A DNA stretch of 64,000 nt from Candidatus Moraniibacteriota bacterium (GCA_016699385.1 CP064974.1:1018617-1082616); one strand, 5' to 3'; positions 46,557 through 56,570 are shown, numbered from the stretch's first letter. Program-made: numbers and translations. Notes: generated by a model not told the origin, from the sequence alone.

Positions 46557-47705
46557 ATGAAAGTGTTTCGGACTGACTGTAAAGAATGGCAAGGGTACAA
46601 GCCGTGTTCAAAGCAGAAACAGGGCGTAATAGAGGGATGTGATCAGTGTCGGTTCTACGCTCCGATTCAGGGAAACATCTTGATCATCGAGGCGGGTGGT
46701 CTTGGAAGCGCTCTTCGGACGAGCATTGTGATGAAAGAGATCAAAGCGCAAAGACCCAATACTCACATCCATTGGCTCACTACCGAGCAGTCGGTGGAAT
46801 TGGCCGGAAACATCCCCAGTGTGGATCGCGTGTATGCTACTACATGGGAAAATCTTGTCATTCTTGGAGCGCAGACGTACGACTTGGTGATAAACTTCGA
46901 GTCCAATCCGCTCTATCTTGCTTTTGTCAGTAAACTTCCCTTTGAAAAAAGAGGGTTTACGATGAATGGTTTCGGTAATCTGGTCATGGCGTCTCCTTCG
47001 GCTGAAGAATTTTTGTGGATGCAAACCAATGACCACTTTCGGCGAAGAGAAAATGAAAAGCCGATGCAACAAATTCTTTTGGAAACAGTTGGCTTGGAGT
47101 GGAAAGAGCAGAGATATGATCTGGTCACGAAGCCGGAAGATGATGAATGGGCGCGAGCGTTCTTGATGACAGAAGGTGTCTCTGAAACCGATATGTTGAT
47201 AGGACTTAATATTGGGAGCAGTCTTCGGCATAGTGCGAAGCGGTGGTCGCCTCAATATTTTTATGAGCTAGCGAAGCTTTGTCGAGAACAGCATCCACAA
47301 TGGAAACCGATTCTCCTCGCCGGTCCGGAAGATATTGACGCCTACAATGTGCTCATAGAGTTGAGCCATAAAGAAGGTATGGTTCCTTCGGGTTATTGGA
47401 ACACGATGAGTCAGTTCATTTCGCTGGTCAATCGAACATCGATCGTTGTTTCAGCCGATACCTTCGGACTCCATGTCGCACTCGGCTTGGGAAAGAAAGC
47501 TATCTCGCTTTGGGGACCGCAACCAAAGGAGGAAACATACCACTACGGCAGTGGCGTAAAAGTGAGTCTTGATTTGGATTGTTCGCCTTGCTTTGCCGGA
47601 AAACTGGAGAAGTGTTCGAACCTGAATACTCTACAGTGCATGCGGGAAATAGCGGTAAAGACGGTGTTTGATATTCTGGAGCAAGAACTATTACAAGGAG
47701 AGTAA
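46557..47705 (+). CDS. glycosyltransferase family 9 (heptosyltransferase-like)
   Basis: 'ILIIEAGGLGSALRTSIVMKEIKAQRPNTHIHWLT' GT9 N-domain; start moved to internal Met. Confidence 0.55.
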   Translation: MKVFRTDCKEWQGYKPCSKQKQGVIEGCDQCRFYAPIQGNILIIEAGGLGSALRTSIVMKEIKAQRPNTHIHWLTTEQSVELAGNIPSVDRVYATTWENLVILGAQTYDLVINFESNPLYLAFVSKLPFEKRGFTMNGFGNLVMASPSAEEFLWMQTNDHFRRRENEKPMQQILLETVGLEWKEQRYDLVTKPEDDEWARAFLMTEGVSETDMLIGLNIGSSLRHSAKRWSPQYFYELAKLCREQHPQWKPILLAGPEDIDAYNVLIELSHKEGMVPSGYWNTMSQFISLVNRTSIVVSADTFGLHVALGLGKKAISLWGPQPKEETYHYGSGVKVSLDLDCSPCFAGKLEKCSNLNTLQCMREIAVKTVFDILEQELLQGE

Positions 47706-47762
47706 GCCACAGAGTGGCAAACCAAAAACCCAGACAAGGATTGTCTGGGCTTCTTTTTTTCT

Positions 47763-48113
47763 TTACTTTTGGAGTTCTATTTTTATTCCCACCACCCCAT
47801 ACTTTTCCTGATCTTCTTTTGAGTAAAATTGATTGATTTCTTTGAGCAGAAATTCTTTGGACATTCCACCGAAATATTCCGGAGGAAAATCAGAAAAAAG
47901 ATTTTCAAATGAATCGTATCGGTAGAGCGCCTTCACTTTTGCTTTCACTGTTTCCGCTGGATTGTCATTTCGGGAGAACTCGATCGCATCGCCGATATTG
48001 ATCAACCGACGCTTTTCATCAAAAAGACGAGACTCGATAACTTTCTGCCCATTGGCGATTTTCTCAAAGGGTTCTTTGGCGAGTTTCATCTGATGAATAG
48101 TCATATTGCACAT
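47763..48113 (-). CDS. ASCH (PUA-like) domain protein
   Basis: 116 aa; 'GQKVIESR' GxKxxExR signature. Confidence 0.55.
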   Translation of the reverse strand: MCNMTIHQMKLAKEPFEKIANGQKVIESRLFDEKRRLINIGDAIEFSRNDNPAETVKAKVKALYRYDSFENLFSDFPPEYFGGMSKEFLLKEINQFYSKEDQEKYGVVGIKIELQK

Positions 48114-48435
48114 GTTTTATAATGAATCATGATCTCCACAAATAGCGTATCAGAAAACGTTTTCTGCTTCAAGCTGAAGAGTTTCTGATGAACGAGAGAG
48201 GTATAGGTGCTTTATCAAGCCATAACCCGTTCCATCCGCTCTCGTATTGGTTCAAGATTTTTGCCACTTTTGAGCCATCTTGAAAGAATGCGAGGGCAGA
48301 AATTGTTCCCACCTGTACCCCACCAAGCGAGCAGTGTAGGATGAGAGGACGCGAAAGCGTCTTCTTTTTCTTTTGTCTTTGATGGCTGTGATATTATGGC
48401 GAAAAGAGGGGAGTTTTCTTTTTTGGAATAAGAGT

Positions 48436-49386
48436 ATGAATACTGTCGCTCTCACCAAAAAACTCATGTCCATCCCTTCCGTAAGCGGGGATGAATTGGC
48501 GGTGCTTAAATTTCTTGAAGGTATTCTTCTGGACTACGGTTTCTCGTCTGTTCGGAAGATTCCCCTCGAAGACGGAACTTATTGCCTTGCGGCTTCCAAA
48601 GGAAAGTCCGATGCGTGGATTGTCGGGCATACGGATACGGTTCCCGGTATCGTTCCGATTGAGGAAAAAGATGGGAATCTCTATGGGAAGGGATCTTGTG
48701 ACACGAAAGGAAACATTGCGGCAGCGCTTATTGCTTCAAAAAGTCTCACGGACATCAACCTCCTCCTCACTGTTGGCGAAGAAAGTGACTTTCGCGGTGC
48801 GAATCGTGCGGCGGAAGATAAGGAAGTTATGAAAGGAAAGCGTTTTCTCATTCTCGAGCCGACTTCTTCCGAATTTATGGACGGACAGCGCGGAGCGATT
48901 CTTCTCGAGGTATCGGCGGAGGGTATACAGAAACACTCGGCGTTTATCGGAAAGACTTCCGAAAATGCGATTCATAAAGTGGTGAATGTTCTCGGTATTC
49001 TTGGAGAATACAATCTTCCCCTTTGGAATGTCGGCACTATTCGTGGAGGCATTGCTAAGAATATTGTCGCTCCCGAATGTTGCGCCGAGGTGGCTATACG
49101 TCCCGCGACGCTCAAAGAATTCAGAGACGCTGTGTTGGCTATAGAAGATACTCAAAAAGTATTCTCGGATGTAACCCTCAAAATCAAAGCCGCCCTTGAG
49201 CCTCTCGAAGGAAAGAAACAAAAACAAGGATTCACCGAAGCCTACTTTTTCCGTGGCAAGGGAAGGAACGTTGAAATCATTGGTGCCGGCGACCTTCATG
49301 TGGCGCACTCTCCGGAAGAGCATGTGCCGATAGCCGAACTTGAAGCGTTACCGGGGAAGATTGTTGGGTGGGCGAGGGTAGTGTAG
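48436..49386 (+). CDS. M20-family metallopeptidase/deacetylase (ArgE/DapE-like)
   Basis: 'HTDTVP', 'GKGSCDTKGNIAA', 'GEESDFRGA' metal-binding motifs; start at internal Met. Confidence 0.7.
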   Translation: MNTVALTKKLMSIPSVSGDELAVLKFLEGILLDYGFSSVRKIPLEDGTYCLAASKGKSDAWIVGHTDTVPGIVPIEEKDGNLYGKGSCDTKGNIAAALIASKSLTDINLLLTVGEESDFRGANRAAEDKEVMKGKRFLILEPTSSEFMDGQRGAILLEVSAEGIQKHSAFIGKTSENAIHKVVNVLGILGEYNLPLWNVGTIRGGIAKNIVAPECCAEVAIRPATLKEFRDAVLAIEDTQKVFSDVTLKIKAALEPLEGKKQKQGFTEAYFFRGKGRNVEIIGAGDLHVAHSPEEHVPIAELEALPGKIVGWARVV

Positions 49387-49531
49387 AAAAAATACAAGAA
49401 AATTAGCGAGTCGTTTTTTGATATTTTGTTTACACTTATTGACTGTTTAAACAGCATTGGCTTGAAATAAGGAAGGAAATGGCATACTATGTGAGGAAAA
49501 GAAGGGAACTGCTTATAATTTACACTAAGCT

Positions 49532-50155
49532 ATGAAACTCTATCTCTCTTCCTATCGCCTTGGCGATAAGCCGGAACAGTTGGTTGAACTGTTGAATGAT
49601 AATAAGAAAGTAGCAGTTATTCCCAATGCGCTTGATTTTTCTACTGACTTGGCGAGGCGAGAACAGAGCCAGAAACGGGAATTCGATGATTTGAAGAGCA
49701 TTGGTTTAGAGGCTGAAGAACTTGATTTGCGATTGTACTTCGGAAAAGAGGGGGAGCTTAAAAAGAAGATTAAGGAGTATGGTTTGGTGTGGGTGCGCGG
49801 AGGAAACGCCTTTGTTTTGAGGCAAGCTATGCGCCAGAGCGGATTGGACGAGATTCTTAGAGAGTTGTCCAAGGGAGATGATGTTGTCTATGGCGGCTAC
49901 AGTGCCGGTGTTTGCATTATCGGTCTTACACTCAGGGGAGTAGAGCTTGTTGACGACCCAACAATTGTTCCCGATGGATATCAAAAGGAAATAGTATGGG
50001 ATGGTGTCGGATTGGTTGACTTTTCCTTTGCGCCGCATTATCAATCGGATCACGCGGAATCTTCCGCTGTCGAAAAAATGATAGATTTTTACAAAAAGAA
50101 CGCGATGCCTTTTCGAGCCCTGAAAGACGGGGAGGTTATTATTCAGACCATCTGA
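49532..50155 (+). CDS. S51-family peptidase (dipeptidase E-like)
   Basis: 'VWVRGGNAFVLRQAMRQSGLDEIL', 'VYGGYSAGVCI' catalytic Ser region. Confidence 0.7.
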   Translation: MKLYLSSYRLGDKPEQLVELLNDNKKVAVIPNALDFSTDLARREQSQKREFDDLKSIGLEAEELDLRLYFGKEGELKKKIKEYGLVWVRGGNAFVLRQAMRQSGLDEILRELSKGDDVVYGGYSAGVCIIGLTLRGVELVDDPTIVPDGYQKEIVWDGVGLVDFSFAPHYQSDHAESSAVEKMIDFYKKNAMPFRALKDGEVIIQTI

Positions 50156-50405
50156 TTTTTCCCGAACATCGGTATTATGCTTTACAAAATAGACGAGCGT
50201 GGCGTAGTGGTGAACGAAGCGAGTCTCGAAAAAATTCAGCCTGAATATATTCCATTGGTAGAAGAAATCAATGAGTTCTATAAGCGTAAGCTGAAAGAAA
50301 ATTTGCTGAATCAAGGCTTTTGTTTGAGCCAATGATACGAGATGATCGGGGAAAACACCCCCTCGTTCAAGAAGCTTCGAAAACTCTTTCGCCATTCGTA
50401 CAAAA

Positions 50406-50428
50406 GAGAAAATCATTCTCCACAAACC
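50406..50428. promoter_or_regulatory. shared upstream box GAGAAAATCATTCTCCACAAACC (copy 1)
   Basis: Identical 22-23-nt motif with GAGAA/TTCTC inverted repeat, ~45 nt upstream of gene at 50472. Confidence 0.4.
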
Positions 50429-50471
50429 AATCACCATTGACACTAACCTTTTTCTCTGATACCTTACCCCT

Positions 50472-51053
50472 ATGAAAAAGGAAGACGGTTATTTTCTTTC
50501 AGCTATCGGGGTCTTTTTGAGTCCTTTTGTATTTCTGTGGCTGAAAGGAGTGCCGGTAGCTTATTATAATGGACCGCATGACGAGTCGTTTTATGCGTAT
50601 ATTGTAGCCAAGTTTTTTGTTCTTATTGTTGTTGTTTTTATTTTTTTTGGTGCTTATATTGTTAGCTGTCTAATTTTTGATAAAAAAGCATATCGCGCCA
50701 TAGTCGTTCTTGCAGCCTTGTTTTCGCTCTACGGGCTGGTTTTTTTTACGGAAAGCGAAGGAGATAGAATGGCAAAAGGTTGTTTCTTTAGTCCAATTCC
50801 CGCAAAATGCGGCGATATTACATTGACAGAGGAGGAAATTCTCAATGAGGTCAATTATCGGGAACTTTCGAAAAGAAAAGCAAGAAAATTATTTCTTGAG
50901 GCGCAGAAGGAAAATCAGGATTACATTATACTTTACTCAAGTAAAAGTGAAGAAGATAAGACGTCTGAAGATAAGAGATTGCAAGCGATACATGAAGGTA
51001 TAGTTCCATATCACGAGCGCGCCCTTAGGGCGGTTGAAAGAATGGACAATTGA
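50472..51053 (+). CDS. hypothetical membrane protein
   Basis: 193 aa, 3-4 TM helices then charged C-terminal domain. Confidence 0.45.
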   Translation: MKKEDGYFLSAIGVFLSPFVFLWLKGVPVAYYNGPHDESFYAYIVAKFFVLIVVVFIFFGAYIVSCLIFDKKAYRAIVVLAALFSLYGLVFFTESEGDRMAKGCFFSPIPAKCGDITLTEEEILNEVNYRELSKRKARKLFLEAQKENQDYIILYSSKSEEDKTSEDKRLQAIHEGIVPYHERALRAVERMDN

Positions 51054-51092
51054 TTTTTTCCCTAAAGTTTTGATTTGTATCAATATTGTAGG

Positions 51093-51114
51093 GAGAAAAT
51101 CATTCTCCACAACC
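51093..51114. promoter_or_regulatory. shared upstream box GAGAAAATCATTCTCCACAACC (copy 2)
   Basis: Same motif ~33 nt upstream of CARDB gene at 51147. Confidence 0.4.
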
Positions 51115-51146
51115 TACTTTAACAATTCGGAAAGAGGAATACTGAA

Positions 51147-52928
51147 ATGCGATACATCATCGCGTTGTTTGTTTTGTGCTTGTATGTTCCCAGTGCTTTG
51201 GCACTGTGCTACATACAGGATGTGGCGTGTTTAGCACCGCGGGTTTTGCCCGAGTACAATTCAGATCGAAGTAGTACTCGCGAGTGGTCTGCTCCAAACG
51301 GCATCACTTTCGGCTATGGAAACCGCATCATTACGCGTGTGCGCTTTGATAATGAGGCAGTGGGTATCTTGCGGAGCAACAGCGATTTCGGCATAGAAAT
51401 CGAAGCAGTGCTCGAAGGCCCGAATAAGGATATCGAGCTTGATCGTATCGAGACGACGTTTCCGTCGAATGCGAAGGCTGGTATAGATACCGCACTGTCT
51501 GATTTCTTCACGAATGATCCGAACTCTCGCAATGTAGCTGTCCACGTGCTTAATCCAAGCGCGATTGAACCCGGAGTGGACTATTTCGTCTTCTACATCT
51601 TCAAGAACCTGCTACCGAGTAGCGGCGTGACGGTTGTCTCGAATCTCCAGATCACCCTTGATCTGGGCGATAAGTTTTCCTATGGTTATGGGCTGTTTGT
51701 GACCAATCTTTACGCGGAGAGTGTCCCGTACTTGGATCAATTCCAGTATTTTCTTCTGGAGACGGATCCTCACGTGCCATTCGTCGCCTATCCGAGCGGG
51801 AATTCTTCGGGATTCCCCGGTGTCTGCTGGACTTCCAAAACGGCAAGTGCAACGTGTTGGATTGTCCTTCAGAATCAGTGCACTGGATTGGTGAATCCGC
51901 CAGAAGAGAGTATCTGGGCTCGTGTGGCGTTGCGGTTTCTGGGAATAGCGGATGCATACGCCGATACAAGCGTGTGCTCTCTGCCTAGTAGCGGCACCAC
52001 CGCTCCCGTGCGATCAGAACAAATCCATGACACCTCCAATCCTCCCCCCGTCTCCGGATCCGACGGCTCAACCGACCTCCCGAATCTTACGATGCGGGAT
52101 GTCTATCTCTTGGACGCCAACAAGGATAAAGTTCCTTCGATTCACGTGAACAAGAACTTCTATTGTCACATGAATGTGAAGAACTACGGGGAGAAAAAAG
52201 CAAACGGTGTCTTCGAGAATCGCTGCTGGGTCTCCAAAGGAAACAAGTTCGACGGGAAGAACGATGCCGAAGATATTGGCAAGGATGATATGGATGATCT
52301 CGACAACGGATACTCGCGGTCTTCAGATGAAGATTCGACCGGTATCAAATGGCCGGGGACATACAACCTCGTCGGCTGTACGGATGCATCGGGAAAGGTG
52401 ACGGAATCAAACGAAAAGGACAATTGCAATGTGGGCGACCACGCCGTTATCCATGAGTTTGTTTTCCAGGTCGTGAGCGATCCGAATCTCACGACGACCG
52501 CGATCAACCTGGGTGGCAAGACCAGTCTTTCCATCAAGGAGTCGTTCGTCATTTCTTCCACAACGGCAAATCCCGGAGAAAACTTCGGACCTGACTATGT
52601 CTATATCGGCTACTTCATAGATGGAGCCTTTGTTGGGAAGAATCAAATCCTTCGCGCGAATATGCAGGGAGGTATGAACAAGACGGAAGAAACTTCCGTT
52701 CCTGCGGGTATAGCGGTTCCCGGTATTCATGAAGTCAAGGCGTGTGCCGACTACGACAATCATATCGCCGAGACGAATGAAACGGATAACTGCATGGTGT
52801 TTCTGGTGACCGTGAGTGACCCAAACGCTCCGCCTCCGAACCCGGATCCCAACCCGAATCCGACTCCTCCGCCACCGATGTCGAAGTCGGAGGAGGATGA
52901 GTTGTATCTTATGTTGTTGCTTGACTAA
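51147..52928 (+). CDS. secreted protein with CARDB-like repeats and C-terminal Pro-rich tail
   Basis: Signal peptide; repeated 'E(S/T)NE(K/T)DNC' motifs; 'PNAPPPNPDPNPNPTPPPP' tail. Confidence 0.5.
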   Translation: MRYIIALFVLCLYVPSALALCYIQDVACLAPRVLPEYNSDRSSTREWSAPNGITFGYGNRIITRVRFDNEAVGILRSNSDFGIEIEAVLEGPNKDIELDRIETTFPSNAKAGIDTALSDFFTNDPNSRNVAVHVLNPSAIEPGVDYFVFYIFKNLLPSSGVTVVSNLQITLDLGDKFSYGYGLFVTNLYAESVPYLDQFQYFLLETDPHVPFVAYPSGNSSGFPGVCWTSKTASATCWIVLQNQCTGLVNPPEESIWARVALRFLGIADAYADTSVCSLPSSGTTAPVRSEQIHDTSNPPPVSGSDGSTDLPNLTMRDVYLLDANKDKVPSIHVNKNFYCHMNVKNYGEKKANGVFENRCWVSKGNKFDGKNDAEDIGKDDMDDLDNGYSRSSDEDSTGIKWPGTYNLVGCTDASGKVTESNEKDNCNVGDHAVIHEFVFQVVSDPNLTTTAINLGGKTSLSIKESFVISSTTANPGENFGPDYVYIGYFIDGAFVGKNQILRANMQGGMNKTEETSVPAGIAVPGIHEVKACADYDNHIAETNETDNCMVFLVTVSDPNAPPPNPDPNPNPTPPPPMSKSEEDELYLMLLLD

Positions 52929-52950
52929 CGAGTGAGAGGAGAAAGACGTA

Positions 52951-53268
52951 ATGAAACTGAAACACACACTTGCAGCGAGTGTCATACTGGGAACCGTTGC
53001 TTTCCCTGCATTGGCGACTCACGAGGTAAACGGCATCCTCATCAACCGTGTCTACGTGGATCCGACTGATGTGGTAGTTCGTACGAATACCGAAAATGGA
53101 TGTGGATCCATTTTTTTCCATCTACCGAGAAGCAATGTGAACTTCAGGGAGATGCACGCGTATATCTTCCGAGCGTTTCGGGAGCAACTCCCGATCAACT
53201 TTGCCGTTCAGGATAGCTGCAACGGCGATCGGGTTGATATCAGTCATGGATCGATGGAGACACAGTGA
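52951..53268 (+). CDS. small secreted protein
   Basis: 105 aa, signal peptide 'MKLKHTLAASVILGTVAFPALA', 2 Cys. Confidence 0.45.
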   Translation: MKLKHTLAASVILGTVAFPALATHEVNGILINRVYVDPTDVVVRTNTENGCGSIFFHLPRSNVNFREMHAYIFRAFREQLPINFAVQDSCNGDRVDISHGSMETQ

Positions 53269-53411
53269 CTGTAACTGAATCAAGGAAGATTCTTTGAACA
53301 ACGAAAAAACAGGGCGTTCTGGAAAACCAGGCGCCTTTTTAACTTCTCGGAAAAATTATATGTGCTATGCTAAAAAACAGCTGGGATCGCGAGGAGTTGT
53401 CCTATTTGAAT

Positions 53412-53490
53412 GAGTGTTCCTTCCGGAGAAGGTATCGCTCGTTCCCATTCAAAGGTTCGAAAGCTGTCCCGCCAGGCGAGCAATGGAGAA
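53412..53490. repeat. ~85-nt direct repeat flanking fic (left copy)
   Basis: 'GGTATCGCTCGTTCCCATTCAAAGGTTCGAAAGCTGTCCCGCCAGGCGAGCAATGGAGAA' ~85% identical to 54531..54620. Confidence 0.6.
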
Positions 53491-53546
53491 TAAGAGGGGT
53501 TGAAAGAACTTCCTTTTTTTGCGAAGAAGGGTCTTTTTCTTTGTTT

Positions 53547-53575
53547 TTGACAAAAATTAGTGAATGGAGTACTAT
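53547..53575 (+). promoter_or_regulatory. fic promoter with TAGTGAATGG...CTATTCACTA inverted-repeat operator
   Basis: TTGACA -17 nt- TACTAT; inverted repeat spans 53558..53594; ATG at 53600. Confidence 0.5.
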
Positions 53576-53599
53576 TATCGTATACTATTCACTAAAAAT

Positions 53600-54487
53600 A
53601 TGGCTATAACCAAACCGATTCGAGATCGTATCCGCGGGCTCAAGGAAGAATTTGATGCTCTGAAGAGAGGAAAAGAGGCACTTTTAGCGTTGATTGATGA
53701 GGCGGAAATTCCGGAGAGTGTCTACAATTCGAATGCCATTGAGAATTCTACGCTCACACTTAAAGAAACGGAAAAGATCCTCCTCGATATGGAGGTGTCA
53801 CGCAATGTATCCGTGCGCGAAGTGTTCGAAGCGAAAAATCTTGCCCGCGTGGTGAGTTTTATCCGAACGAAATCACAGGAGAAAGAACTTGATCGAGGGG
53901 AAATACTTCTCCTTCACAAAATGCTCATTGGGAGTATTGATGACAATATAGCTGGGAGATTTCGGGGGAAGGGTGAGTATGTTCGAGTCGGAACGCATAT
54001 CGCTCCAGCGCCGGAGCATGTCGAAGCTATGATTGCTTCGGTCATTTCTGAGTACGAGAAGAGTGACAGTGCATACTTTCTGGATTCGGTTGCGAAGTTT
54101 CACTTGGATTTTGAAACCATCCATCCGTTTTGTGATGGAAACGGACGCATTGGTCGCGTGATCATTTCTTATCAACTCCTCCGTTTTGGCTTTCCTTTGA
54201 TTATTATCCGCGACAAAGGGAAGGAAATCTATTACCAGTCTTTTTCCGAGTATCGCGAGAAGAAAAACGCGAAAACGATGGAAAAAGTTCTTTCGCTTGC
54301 ACTTCTCGAATCGCTTCACAAGCGCATTGCATATCTGAAAGGAGAATCTATTGTTACGCTTTCCGAGTATGCAAAAAAACACGAGAAAAAGTCTCCCGCT
54401 CTGTTTAATGCCGCTCGTCGCCAAAACATCCCAGCGTTCCGGGAAAAAGGCGTCTGGAAAATTGGAGAGAAATCCAAGGAGGACTGA
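53600..54487 (+). CDS. fic: Fic/Doc family protein, class II (N-terminal inhibitory motif)
   Basis: 'HPFCDGNGRIGR' Fic motif; N-terminal 'SNAIEN' (S/T)xxxE(G/N) inhibitory helix. Confidence 0.8.
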   Translation: MAITKPIRDRIRGLKEEFDALKRGKEALLALIDEAEIPESVYNSNAIENSTLTLKETEKILLDMEVSRNVSVREVFEAKNLARVVSFIRTKSQEKELDRGEILLLHKMLIGSIDDNIAGRFRGKGEYVRVGTHIAPAPEHVEAMIASVISEYEKSDSAYFLDSVAKFHLDFETIHPFCDGNGRIGRVIISYQLLRFGFPLIIIRDKGKEIYYQSFSEYREKKNAKTMEKVLSLALLESLHKRIAYLKGESIVTLSEYAKKHEKKSPALFNAARRQNIPAFREKGVWKIGEKSKED

Positions 54488-54530
54488 ACGTATGCCTGAA
54501 ATTCTAGGCGATAGTCACACATTGTTCTGC

Positions 54531-54620
54531 GAGAGCGATTGTCCCCTCCAGAGATGGTATCGCCCTTTCCCACTCAAGAGTTCGAAAGCTGTCTCGCCAG
54601 GCGAGTAATATTTGGAGAAC
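54531..54620. repeat. ~85-nt direct repeat flanking fic (right copy)
   Basis: 'GGTATCGCCCTTTCCCACTCAAGAGTTCGAAAGCTGTCTCGCCAGGCGAGTAATATTTGGAGAA'. Confidence 0.6.
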
Positions 54621-54862
54621 AGTATGACACTGCGCTACTATAACCAACGGCCACCATATTAGAGAACCATCCATGGGAGTCAATGGTGATATTTACAGGG
54701 ATTGGGAGCGCCTTGATGTTGAAATCTGGTCAGGGCGTGTATTTTTCTATAGAATAGGAAAGAGAGAATGCTGCGTGAAAGAACTTATGCAAGAGTAGTT
54801 TTAAGAGAATAGCTTTTTGTTTTGGGGTTGACATGTGGTGTGAATTCTTTTGAATAAACTCT

Positions 54863-55087
54863 ATGGAAACTTTGGAAAAAAATGGAATGGTGTATGTGGT
54901 GTTGCTGATTGTTATTCTTCTTGGGTGGGCGATTTATCGATTTGCGAATGTTCCGGAGCCTGACTGGAATGAGGATATCCCTTCTAATCCAATGGAGGAC
55001 GACTCTTCTGTCGAGTCGGTAACAAATAAGTTGTCAGTTCCGCCTCAGATAACATCAGGAACTGAGGAAGGGAATACTAAAGAGTAA
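54863..55087 (+). CDS. small membrane protein
   Basis: 74 aa, one TM helix, acidic tail. Confidence 0.35.
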   Translation: METLEKNGMVYVVLLIVILLGWAIYRFANVPEPDWNEDIPSNPMEDDSSVESVTNKLSVPPQITSGTEEGNTKE

Positions 55088-55159
55088 AGGTCTTCGTTTC
55101 GAGAGATGTCTGTTGAGGAATTCTTGTGCTTATTAAGTAATTTGTTAGAATCCCCATCG

Positions 55160-56452
55160 CTACTTGTCTTGAGAGAGCGTATCAAGATAGCATTGGCAGT
55201 TAAGCGCCACATAATGAGGGAGAAGGAAGTGTTTTTTGACGGATTCTTTGGCGGCTCGTCCGATGGTATGTGCGATTGTTTTGTCGAGAATCGTTTCGAC
55301 AATGTGCTTTGCTATAGTGTCTGGCGTGTCGGCGAGGTAGCCACTTTTGCCATGGGTGATTTGGAGTTCGGCTCCACGTGATGGGCGTGCAATGACAACG
55401 TGTTCTTTCCACATCGCCTCTGTGATAGTGAGTCCGAATCCTTCGCGTCGACTCATCTGGAGTGTGCAGGCAGTGTGGGTGTTGAGTGCGTTGACGAAGA
55501 GTGCGTTGCTGATACCGCCTCTGAGCTGGGAGAGGTCTGAAAAGATATGAATATCAGTATCGTCTGATGCGGCTGATTTTGTCTTCTCAACCCATGCGAG
55601 CGCTTCCGGGTCGTCAGACGCTTCGATGAATCCTGCGAGTACGAGCTGAAGCGTTGGAAGGGATTGCTTGGCGATGCGGTAGGCTTCGATGGCGCCGATG
55701 GGGTCTTTCCATACATCGAAGCGAGATACTTGCGTGATGTATGGTCGCAGTGTATCGATGCCGTGTTGAACGAGAATGTCTGTCGTGAGAGCGTGTTCAA
55801 GGGAAACGTTTTTCTCGGTCAATGGATCAATAGCGGGGCGGATAACGGTTGTTTGTTCCTCGGGGTAGGGCTCTATTGCTGAGTGATAATTGCTGCTCGA
55901 AACAATAACCGATGATGCCTGTCGAATCATAGGCATGAGGAGTTCGACTATTGGCATGAAGGGCGTTGAGAGATCAATATGGAGTCGAGAGATAACAGGG
56001 GCGAATCGAGTCGCTTGCGATATGAGCGGAAGCGGTTGTGGATCATGGAGTATGATGAGATTCGGTTTGATATCGCAAACCATGGTTTCAAATTGCTCAC
56101 GCAGTTCGGTCGCGATATTGAGATAGGTTCTTTGCTCATCAGGGGTAAGCGTGTGTGCTGTTCCCTGAAGACCATTGTGGATTTTCTTGGTGACAACGAA
56201 AAATTCGGTGGCGTCTTCGATGACAGCCCACGAGCTTTCGATGCCGAGTGCGCGTTCAAGTGCGCATCCACCTCTTAAGAGTTCAGCAACACCACCTCCG
56301 CGGGCTGCGGAGTTTATGTGGAGTATTCGCTTACCGGAAAGCAGTGGAGTGATGCTCTGCAGAAGAGCGCCATCTTCGGGACTTATCGTGGAATATGTTG
56401 CAAGGGTTTCTTTTGTGCGTGCGCCTTGAGGGACGATTCTGAGTGTGGGCAT
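55160..56452 (-). CDS. GT4-family glycosyltransferase, TreT-like (trehalose glycosyltransferring synthase?)
   Basis: 430 aa; 'REGFGLTITEAMWKEHVVIA' matches GT4 EX7E region, 'EAMWK' typical of TreT. Confidence 0.55.
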   Translation of the reverse strand: MPTLRIVPQGARTKETLATYSTISPEDGALLQSITPLLSGKRILHINSAARGGGVAELLRGGCALERALGIESSWAVIEDATEFFVVTKKIHNGLQGTAHTLTPDEQRTYLNIATELREQFETMVCDIKPNLIILHDPQPLPLISQATRFAPVISRLHIDLSTPFMPIVELLMPMIRQASSVIVSSSNYHSAIEPYPEEQTTVIRPAIDPLTEKNVSLEHALTTDILVQHGIDTLRPYITQVSRFDVWKDPIGAIEAYRIAKQSLPTLQLVLAGFIEASDDPEALAWVEKTKSAASDDTDIHIFSDLSQLRGGISNALFVNALNTHTACTLQMSRREGFGLTITEAMWKEHVVIARPSRGAELQITHGKSGYLADTPDTIAKHIVETILDKTIAHTIGRAAKESVKKHFLLPHYVALNCQCYLDTLSQDK

Positions 56453-56570
56453 ATGAAAAGTATATCAAGGGAAGCTCTGAGAAACAAACAGAACGGTGGT
56501 ATTTACATTCAAAAAGAGACCTCTATTTTCGAGAAAGGTCTCTTTCTTATTTTTTCTTTGGAAAAAGTGG

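Noticed and set aside
46608-47255. 215-aa minus-strand ORF
   Set aside because: Antisense to the GT9 glycosyltransferase.
50176-50334. 52-aa small ORF 'MLYKIDERGVVVNEASLEKIQPEY...' between peptidase E and membrane gene
   Set aside because: Below ORF-track threshold and no motif; possible small protein but unsupported.
49706-50443. 245-aa minus-strand ORF
   Set aside because: Overlaps the peptidase E gene, which has clear S51 motifs; the minus ORF has no motif.
52407-52985. 192-aa minus-strand ORF
   Set aside because: Antisense to the CARDB-like secreted protein gene.
53367-53609. 80-aa and 85-aa plus-strand ORFs (53367.. and 54351..) sharing 'RYRSFPFKGSKAVPPGE'
   Set aside because: They coincide with the direct repeats flanking fic; similarity is at DNA level and frames diverge outside the repeat, so treated as repeat, not genes.
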